Shown here piece by piece: positions 55,229 through 64,000 of a DNA stretch of 64,000 bases (positions within the stretch are counted from its first letter, which is position 1; each line of letters begins with the position of its first letter). The stretch covers positions 3,844,001-3,908,000 of the forward strand of contig OZ024745.1 in the NCBI GenBank assembly GCA_964016885.1, read 5' to 3'. Below the pieces are notes generated by a model that made no database searches, was not told where the DNA came from, and worked only from the letters and a program-made list of their open reading frames with translations. This DNA comes from Eledone cirrhosa (Eukaryota). Made by a program: the position numbers and the translations under genes.

Positions 55229-55339
55229 TTGTAATATAATGAAACGAAATTTCATTTCTCACTCTTAGTACGGCACTTACATAAATGTAAGTATGTATGT
55301 ATACGTACATACATATATGTATACAGACGTACAGTAGCA

Positions 55340-55379
<40 letters not shown>

Positions 55380-55579
55380 CAGGTACACATATATATATGT
55401 ACGTATCAGTTTAGCGAACGTTTATTATAACGCTCGCTTTGTCCGTTTGTGAACAAGCGAACAGCCTGATTTATGCCATACGGTGTTACTTTGTGGTTCA
55501 ATGCATGGGGTTGCAGAACAATAATATGAGAGACGTAAAATAAGAAAATTATAAAATTAACTTACTTACTAAAATATCA

Positions 55580-55659
55580 CTTCCAACTAATTAGTTTCTG
55601 GAATGGAATAAATATATTTTCCGAAGAAAACATCGAGAATCATTCCGTCGTCAGGGAAG
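55580..55659 (-). ncRNA. Type I hammerhead ribozyme motif, copy 1 (inverted)
   Basis: Exact reverse complement of 55804-55883. Confidence 0.7.
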
Positions 55660-55803
55660 ACTATTCTCATCTAAGTATCCAGGCAAAGCGTGGACTCTGG
55701 AAACTTATTAAAAAATAATTCAGTGGATAGAAAATAGCAAAGCGTGGACTGAATTCCTAGCCATTGAGAAAACCACCGACGCAGAGGCAGTGATGAGAAT
55801 AGT

Positions 55804-55883
55804 CTTCCCTGACGACGGAATGATTCTCGATGTTTTCTTCGGAAAATATATTTATTCCATTCCAGAAACTAATTAGTTGGAAG
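55804..55883 (+). ncRNA. Type I hammerhead ribozyme motif, copy 2
   Basis: Stem I CTTCC/GGAAG; core CTGACGA; stem II GGAATG/CATTCC with a long loop; GAAA; palindromic stem III AACTAATTAGTT; GUU cleavage triplet ending at 55878. Confidence 0.72.
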
Positions 55884-56325
55884 TGATATTTTAGTAAGTA
55901 AGTTAATTTTATAATTTTCTTATTTTACGTCTCTCATATTATTGTTCTGCAACCCCATGCATTGAACCACAAAGTTACTAAGACAAAACCTATATATTTG
56001 CTAGCATTGATATGCATCTGTATGTATATATATGTTACTAGATATTAATTCTTTATAATTATCTCCAAATTATTTGTCGAGCAATATTGGCCATGGCTGC
56101 TGCTATGGTAGCAGGCAGGCCGCTGTCTTATTAGCAAACCACTTTCCACTGATTGACCTCGATGTCACGTGATTGATTCTTTTTGGATTTGCCACCGACG
56201 CAGAGGCAGTGATTTTCTCAATGGCTAGGAATTCAGTCCACGCTTTGCTATTTTCTATCCACTGAATTATTTTTTAATAAGTTTCCAGAGTCCACGCTTT
56301 GCCTGGATACTTAGATGAGAATAGT

Positions 56326-56405
56326 CTTCCCTGACGACGGAATGATTCTCTATGTTTTCTTCGGAAAATATATTTATTCCATTCCAGAAACTAATTAGTT
56401 GGAAG
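56326..56405 (+). ncRNA. Type I hammerhead ribozyme motif, copy 3
   Basis: Same as copy 2 with one loop II substitution; 522 bp downstream. Confidence 0.72.
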
Positions 56406-56572
56406 TGATATTTTAGTAAGTAAGTTAATTTTATAATTTTCTTATTTTACGTCTCTCATATTATTGTTCTGCAACCCCATGCATTGAACCACAAAGTTAC
56501 TAAGACAAAACCTATATATTTGCTAGCATTGATATGCATCTGTATGTATATATATGTTACTAGATATTAATT

Positions 56573-56639
<67 letters not shown>

Positions 56640-56641
<2 letters not shown>

Positions 56642-57396
56642 ACAGAAAGGGACCAATGATTCGATTGTACATAATCCCACACCACACATTCACCTTTGGA
56701 CTCGGTGAAGTTCCCTAGTCACATGGAGGTGGTCTGATCCCCAGATTCTCACATTGTGTGCGTTCAGTTTTCCTGAAACATGAAAGCTTGCCTCATCACT
56801 AAAACATCTTCAGAAATTCGTTCCAGCCTGTCAACTGCAAACTCTTTTCGTCTTGGTTTATCATTTGGCTCGAGTGCCTGTAAGGGTTGCACTTTGTAAG
56901 TATCGCAAGTTCTTGTGTAGGAGTTTTTGTATTGTTGAACGTGGCATCTGTAACTGTCTGGCAGCAGTACGGATGGATTTTGTAGGAGAACGCTGAAAGG
57001 CTTGTCTTACACGATAGATATTTTCCTCAGATGTTCTTGGTCGTCAACTCCTCTCTTTATCTGGCACTGTCCCTGTCTCATTAAATTTCTTGTGCCATAC
57101 ACGAATTGACAGACGTGACGGTGGATCTCTTCCATACTTAGTTCTGTAGTTTCGCTGAGTCTGCGTATCCGATTTTGTTTCAATAAACCATGGCACACAT
57201 TGTGCCTTTTCTTGAGGAGTAGCCATTTTTTAGGGGTTCATTTAACAGTACCTCTTTCATCAACAGAATACCAGACATACACAAATGCAGTTTGATTAAA
57301 AACATTGATAACTACTGAGAACATAGAACAAATCTGATTAAGATATCTCATTGTAATATATTTTTTAAATTGTAAAGAGACTTTATGGACACCCTG
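56640..57396 (-). mobile_element. Tc1/mariner-type DNA transposon, left TIR plus truncated, degenerate transposase
   Basis: TA|CAGGGTGTCCATAAAGTC terminus at 57396. ORF from 57226 MATPQEKAQCVPWFIETKSDTQTQRNYRTKYGRDPPSR (DUF4817-like HTH), then FSDEASFHVSGKLNAHNVRIWGS and PKVNVWCG..IIGPF. Broken at (TA)n. Confidence 0.88.
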
Positions 57397-59339
57397 TATC
57401 TATATAATATATGCATTGTAAAAAAAAAAACGGTTGTGAGAAAACGGGGGAGAAGAGAGAGGGGTGTATTGAAAGGAAGAGAGACATGATGTAGGGACGT
57501 TACTACTTCAATAAGTATTTTCACATTATATATCTCCGCCACTGCTTATCTCCCTTGAACTTATCAGCCAACATGTCTTAAAGGTCGTTATATATAAACA
57601 ATATATTCAACATATACAATCTATTAACGAATTAAAACCACTTAAACTATATTTTAGATATATATTTTAATCAATATATTAACATATTAAACTATCAGTA
57701 GGTTAATATCAATTATTCTGTTCTCAAGGCTGATATATTTGACTTACACCAGTGATAATCACAAAGGAGGAAAGGTTTCAACGATGGCAGGTAGAAAATG
57801 TTCTTCTATTTTACCACATAATCTATTTTATTGTATTATATATTATTTTGTTTTCGTTATAAGAGATATTTTAAAACCATTAAATGGATTAAAGTGTTTA
57901 GTAATACATTGGTCGTCTGTTGTAATCGTCACATAAATGTATGTGTTTATGTACGTGTTTATGTATATATGGATGGTTGTATGTATATGTGTATATATAC
58001 ATGTATGTGTGTATGTATGTGTATGTATATATGTATATGTATGTATGTATGTGTATATATATGTATGTGTGTATGTATGTATTGGTATGAAGTAAGTATG
58101 GTCCCTTAATTTCTGATGGAGTCGTACGGTGAGTCTTAACACTTTAAACCTGATGGAGTCCATTTCCTCTCCAGTTCTAAACACAGTCGATTTCTGGGAA
58201 GGATAGAGAGAGTGAGAGAGATAGAGAGAGTAAGAATTGACCCCAGTACTAAACTTTTTAGTACATTTTTATCGCCCCCGAATGGATGAAAGGCAAAGTT
58301 AACCTCAGCGAGATTTGAACTCAGAGAGAAGAGAGTTGAAACAAATACGACAAGGTAGCCGACGTTCTAACAACTCCACCAATTCCCACCTTCAGATATA
58401 ATAAATTGAAACAAGAAAAAATTTCAACAGCCCAAAAGTTTAAACCTCAATCTAACGAGAACATCCTTCCCTTCTCATGGTATATCTGATTATGTGATCT
58501 AAGGACTCTTCTGTGTGTTATACTGACTGGCTGGGGCCATGCTGGGGCACTGCCATTAATATGTTTATGTTAAAAGAAAAAATGTTCAAGTGTAATTTTA
58601 GTGAAGTTTGGTTGTTATTTCTAGCAGGTTGGGTCAACTCCTTCGTTGACGCCTGAAGAAAAAAAAGTAAAATGTAGATGTGGCTCAGCCCCATGTTGGT
58701 TTTTATCAAAGGTCGTCTAACAATGTCTCCGACTACAATATCCAATATGGCTGTTCTTTCTTTTTAAATAGATATTAAGTATATCAATGAAATACATAAA
58801 TGATTAAATAGAAGTATATGTATATTTTTAGCTTTATTTTTTAAGAAAGGATGTAATTAGATATAGATTTGACAGCTATTTCTAACAGGTCGGGTTCCCT
58901 TGTTGTTTAAAACAATTAATTGTTTCTACTTTTTGGAACAAAGCCAGCAATTACCCAGTGCATTACTGGTACTTTATTTTATCGACCCCGTAAGGATGAA
59001 AGGCAAAGCTAACCTCGGAATGGCAAGGGCCGTAACTCTATGCGCCAAAGCAAAGCGTCCGACCCTCTACCGATACTGCCAATCCACCGCCATTGTTTAA
59101 AACAATTAATTGTTTCTACTTTTGGCACAAGGCCAGCAATTACCCAATGCATTACTGGTACTTTATTCTATCGACCCTGGAAGGATGAAAGGCAAAGTTA
59201 ACCTCGACGGGATTTGAACTCAGATCATACAGGGAGGTAACTCTATGCTTCAAAGCATGGCATCCGACCCTCTACCGATACTGCCAATCCAGACGTTGTT
59301 TAAAACAATTAATGAAAGTAAAATAGCTGTGAAATGGCT

Positions 59340-59587
59340 GGACACTTGTCGTTTATCTATCAGCTCCAGCGAGGAAACCACATTTGTCTGGTGCAGCTCC
59401 AGTAAGGAGACGACATTTGTCTGGTGCAGCTCCAGTGAGTAGACGACATTTGTCTGGTTGCAGCTCGGAGATGACATTTGTCTGGTGTAGTTCCGGTGAG
59501 CAGACGACATTTATCTATCAGCTCCAGTGAGCAGACGACATTTATCTATCAGCTCCAGTGAGGAGACGACATTTGTCTGGTGCAGTT
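59340..59587. repeat. About 31-bp degenerate minisatellite GACGACATTTGTCTGGTGCAGCTCCAGTGAG
   Basis: About 8 imperfect copies. Confidence 0.85.
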
Positions 59588-60275
59588 CAGGAAGTGAACG
59601 AAAATATCAACCCGAGAAAAACGTCACAGAAAAAAGCGATACTTTGTGGATAGAAAACAAAATGGTTTACCCCAGTATTTAAGTTTTTTTGTAATTTTTC
59701 TATCGTATATCTGTATGTGTGTATCAATGTTATTGTTTTAAAATATACACTGATATATATTGTGCGGGTTGCTAACATCTCGTACAGACCTCTATGCGTA
59801 GAGAAGAAGCTCATCAGACCAGTGCTTATCCTGGTTTCATTGGCGTTACGTAATTGAGAGTAAAAGATATCCTCCTGGTCAGGACACCAATCCATCGCAG
59901 GCTTAACCTCCAAGCTACTGCTGTTACTCATTTTCAGCTGAGTGGACTGAAGCTATATGAAATGAAGTGAAAACTCCAGTGTAAATATATTTACACGAAG
60001 GTTTCAACTGAGTTGCTTCCCTTGCATAAGCTGCACAGTTTGTGGTTTTTAACGTATCTATTGATATGTGAGACACAAGCCATTTACAATTGTTGATATT
60101 GTTACTGTTGGCAATTTATTGTGTATTGTCAACTGATTGTCATGGAATTTCTCTACATAGCAGTATGGTGACTAATAGGAAAAGTTCAATACCTAAAATC
60201 TGAGTTGCTATGGATAAAACCAGTGGTACAGTGGCCAAGATCGGATTACTTGGTATATTTACTGGGATCAGAAGC

Positions 60276-61505
60276 ATGATGATCGAGATCAGTGGTGCAG
60301 AAGCTTAGATCACTGGTACAGAAACTGAGATCAGTGGTGCAGAAGCTTAGATCAGATGTGTGATGGTTGAGATCAGTGGTACAGAAACTGAGATCAAATG
60401 TGTGATGGCTGAGATCAGTGGTACAGAAACTAAGATCAGATGTGTGATGGCTGAGATCAGTGGTACAGAAACTGAGATCAAATGTGTGATGGTTGAGATC
60501 AGTGGTACAGAAACTGAGATCATATGTGTGATGGCTGAGATCAGTGGTACAGAAACTGAGATCAAATGTGTGATGGTTGAGATCAGTGGTACAGAAACTG
60601 AGATCAGATGTGTGATGGCTGAGATCAGTGGTACAGAAACTGAGATCAAATGTGTGATGGCTGAGATCAGTGGTGCAGAAACTGAGATCAAATGTGTGAT
60701 GGTTGAGATCAGTGGTACAGAAACTGAGATCAAATGTGTGATGGCTGAGATCAGTGGTGCAGAAGCTGAGATCAAATGTGTGATGGCTGAGATCAGTGGT
60801 GCAGAAGCTGAGATCAAATGTGTGATGGCTGAGATCAGTGGTGCAGAAACTGAGATCAAATGTGTGATGGCTGAGATCAGTGGTACAGAAACTGAGATCA
60901 AATGTGTGATGGCTGAGATCAGTGGTACAGAAACTGAGATCAAATGTGTGATGGTTGAGATCAGTGGTACAGAAACTGAGATCAGATGTGTGATGGCTGA
61001 GATCAGTGGTACAGAAACTGAGATCAAATGTGTGATGGTTGAGATCAGTGGTACAGAAACTGAGATCAAATGTGTGATGGCTGAGATCAGTGGTGCAGAA
61101 ACTGAGATCAAATGTGTGATGGTTGAGATCAGTGGTACAGAAACTGAGATCAAATGTGTGATGGCTGAGATCAGTGGTGCAGAAGCTGAGATCAAATGTG
61201 TGATGGCTGAGATCAGTGGTGCAGAAGCTGAGATCAAATGTGTGATGGCTGAGATCAGTGGTGCAGAAACTGAGATCAAATGTGTGATGGCTGAGATCAG
61301 TGGTACAGAAACTGAGATCAAATGTGTGATGGTTGAGATCAGTGGTACAGAAACTGAGATCAAATGTGTGATGGCTGAGATCAGTGGTGCAGAAACTGAG
61401 ATCAAATGTGTGATGGCTGAGATCAGTGGGACAGAAACTGAAATCAAATGTGTGATGGCTGAGATCAGTGGTGCAGAAGCTGAGATCAGATCTGTGATGG
61501 TTGAA
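60276..61505. repeat. 42-bp minisatellite ATGGCTGAGATCAGTGGTACAGAAACTGAGATCAAATGTGTG, about 28 copies
   Basis: Tandem periodicity with an internal CTGAGATCA sub-repeat and a roughly 420-bp higher-order duplication. Confidence 0.97.
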
Positions 61506-61595
61506 ATAAGATATGTGGGGCCTAAAGAGGAATTACAAGGGCTGCGAATTTACTAATAATTTATACTATTTTTATAAATAAATATTATCTTTCAG

Positions 61596-61748
61596 AAAAT
61601 TCCGGTTTAAAGAAAGTGCGACTGCTTTCATTAAAACAGATTCATGAAGCGAAGAAAAAAATAAAGAACTATATTAGAGTGACACCTCTGGAATACTCTC
61701 CATTCTTGTCTAAAATGGCAGAAGGTTCTCATGTATATATAAAATGTG
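61596..61748 (+). CDS. Internal exon of a PLP-dependent serine/threonine dehydratase / serine-racemase-family enzyme
   Basis: TTTCAG acceptor and G|GTAAGT donor; phase 1/1. Reads NSGLKKVRLLSLKQIHEAKKKIKNYIRVTPLEYSPFLSKMAEGSHVYIKC. Confidence 0.9.
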
Positions 61749-62921
61749 GTAAGTATTTTAGGAGTTGACCTGCTACTATATTCCTTAATCTAATTTAATT
61801 TTTATTGCTTCATGTATCAAGGAAAGAGTGGCACCATTTTATTCAAAGAAAATGTACCAGTCATTATACAAAAATTGTTTTTGGCAAATTTTATATATTA
61901 GGAGATGAGGGAGAGGGGTTCCATAATCTTTTGAGAGTTAAGGGATTCAAAAAAACATAACCCAGCCCTGGTAATCCCCCTTACTCCACACAATTGCTAG
62001 AGAACTCTCCCTTCATATTAACAATTTACTAGCATTATCTTACTGGGTGGATTGGCAGTATCGGTAGAGGGTCGGATGCCTTGCTTTGACGCATAGAGTT
62101 ACGGTCCTTGCCATTCTGAGTTCAAATCCCGCCGAGGTTAACTTTGTCTTTCATCCTTACGGGGTCAATAAAATAAAGTACCAGTAATACACTGTGTAAT
62201 TGCTGGCCTTGTGCCAATAGTAGAAACAATTATCTTACTGCATACCTTGATTCCAAGCCTTAAACATTATCACCTGACCAGACCAATGAGAAAAGAATCA
62301 TTTGATGTCTGCTGTATTCCACCTAATCAAATAAATCCATTTATCTTTTTGTTGCCTGAAGGATCACACAGAAATAATAAAATGAATCAACAGTTTTTGA
62401 ATGAATAGAGAGATATTGAAAGAAGTCTTATTTCAATAGGATCTTTGAAAATTTAAACTATTAAACTAATTATCAGTTATTGCTGTGTGTAATTCAGTTT
62501 TTAGAATAAATACACCACATCTCTGCTGTGTGGGGTAAGAGGCAACTAAAAGGGTTGGTGTCGTCTGGCTGTAAAACATTGTCTCAAAACATTCTGTCCA
62601 ACCCATACCAACTTCTTGTCCTCCTCCTTCTTCTCCTTCTTTTTGGCTTTTCCTGTAAAATCAGTCCAGAAATATTCTAACCACATGTTCGTAGTACCAG
62701 AGCTGTGATCTTTCAATAAAAATAAAGTAGTGACTCTCTGATCTGCGAGTTACGTACTCTGTTGAGTAACATTACTCCAAAGACCCTTCAAAGGAACCCC
62801 ATTCCAGCCACTTGTATTCTTTCAGTCATTACAATTAACATTCAGTAATCAACATATTGTTTAAACATTTCTTCAGTTGATCAAATCATATATAAATACT
62901 TGACTTTGATTTCTCTTTTAG

Positions 62922-63055
62922 AAAATTTGCAGTGTACAGGGTCTTTCAAAGTACGCGGTGCCTTTAACAAACTATGCTTGCTTAAAGAATCCATTCCAGA
63001 TATTTACAGTAAAGGAGTTGTGACAGCATCTACTGGTAATCATGCTTTGGCCTGT
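62922..63055 (+). CDS. Next exon of the same PLP enzyme, containing the catalytic Lys
   Basis: TTTTAG acceptor and GTAAGT donor; splices in frame. Reads [18 protein letters not shown]...[14 protein letters not shown] (PLP-lysine motif SFKxRGA and SxGNH loop). The gene continues beyond the window. Confidence 0.93.
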
Positions 63056-63427
63056 GTAAGTAGTTTAAATATCAAAACTTGCTTTCTTAGTCACATTAGA
63101 TCCAACAAGAACTGCATGTATTATGATATATATTAACATGGAATCACACTAGATATATCTAGATTGAGAGAATTAAAAGCATATCTATCATCATCATCTT
63201 CATCGTTTTTACATCTGCTTCTCCATGCTAGCATGGGTTGGACGGGTCCTTCTCAGCATGGCATCTCTCCACTTGTTTGTGACACAAGTGACTGTGTCTT
63301 ACTTATAGAGAACAGTTTCTGGCTTGGTTTTTACAGCTGGATGTCCTTACTAACAACAACCACATTTACAGTGTGGGCTGAGTGCTTTTTGTTGGGACAC
63401 CTACTCGACAACTTTACAGTGTTTTAC

Positions 63428-63494
<67 letters not shown>

Positions 63495-63769
63495 TAATAC
63501 AGAAGACCCACCTTGCCTATGTACAAAGCGAAACCTACAGTCAGTAGGCACTTCTTAACCAAATATACACCCCAATCCACTACCCCTACCCTATCCTCCC
63601 ACTCCCACCAACACCACCCTCTCTCTGTAAAGTTGGTATACCACAACATCCAGTCCAAATAAATGAGATAATGAGATCGAGATCGAGATCGTGTAGGTGT
63701 CATGAGAAAAAAACACACAGTCCACGCTGTAATGTGGCTGTGTAGGTAACACGGTAAAAAGTTCCCAGT

Positions 63770-63950
63770 TCCACACTGTAAATGTGGTTGGTGTTAGGAA
63801 GGGCATCCAGTCGTAGAAAACCTGCCAGATAGTCCTATATGAGCGAGACACGGTCACCCGACCAGCCTTGCCTCAAGTGGGACAACTCCCGTCTAACCCA
63901 TGCTAGCGTGGAAGATGGACGTTAAACGAAGATGATGAGGATGATGATGA
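63770..63950 (+). mobile_element. SINE/LINE 3' end with AACCCATGCTAGC(A/G)TGGAA...(GAT)n tail; related pieces at about 19435-19470, 21160-21222 and 63187-63245 (-)
   Basis: Recurrent motif with a GAT microsatellite tail. Confidence 0.65.
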
Positions 63951-64000
63951 TATATATATCATCTTAGGCAGCGAAACAGCTGAGTCATTGGAACCTCAGA

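Larger units (their letters stand above)
55488..56578. mobile_element. Penelope-like pseudo-LTR cluster (one inverted and two direct copies) between (TA)n tracts
   Basis: About 55488-55772 is the reverse complement of about 56213-56498. About 55792-56057 is a direct copy of about 56314-56578. Each copy carries a hammerhead motif. Confidence 0.75.

Noticed and set aside
60347-61556. 398-aa and 366-aa repeat proteins
   Set aside because: Explained by a 42-bp unit without stops in two frames. Near-identity at the DNA level and no convincing gene signals.
62900-63136. 78-aa ORF as a complete gene
   Set aside because: Only 62922-63055 is exonic; the flanks are intronic read-through.

Overview
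AT-rich, repeat-saturated eukaryotic genomic DNA. The SINE/LINE repertoire suggests a cephalopod, probably Octopus (inference). Two intron-containing genes are partly visible. On the minus strand is the 5' end of the cohesin-loader gene MAU2: exon 1 at 27023-26793, an 18-nt microexon at 26645-26628, then a U12-type GTATCCTT donor whose intron appears to run more than 26 kb and to contain a >=19-kb 36/34-bp satellite. On the plus strand are two exons of a fold-type II PLP enzyme of the serine/threonine dehydratase-racemase family (61596-61748, 62922-63055). The rest is satellites, minisatellites, microsatellites, a degenerate Tx1/L1-like LINE ORF2, RTE fragments, a Tc1/mariner fragment, a Helitron/HINE-like element and SINEs. 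The most notable structures are a set of fold-back inserts sitting between (TA)n tracts, including a direct-plus-inverted triplication carrying three type I hammerhead-ribozyme motifs (Penelope-like pseudo-LTR architecture). There is also a 29-bp satellite born inside a SINE and an intron-retaining tRNA-Tyr relic. All calls were made by eye, with no searches run. Most ORFs in the track are repeat artefacts.
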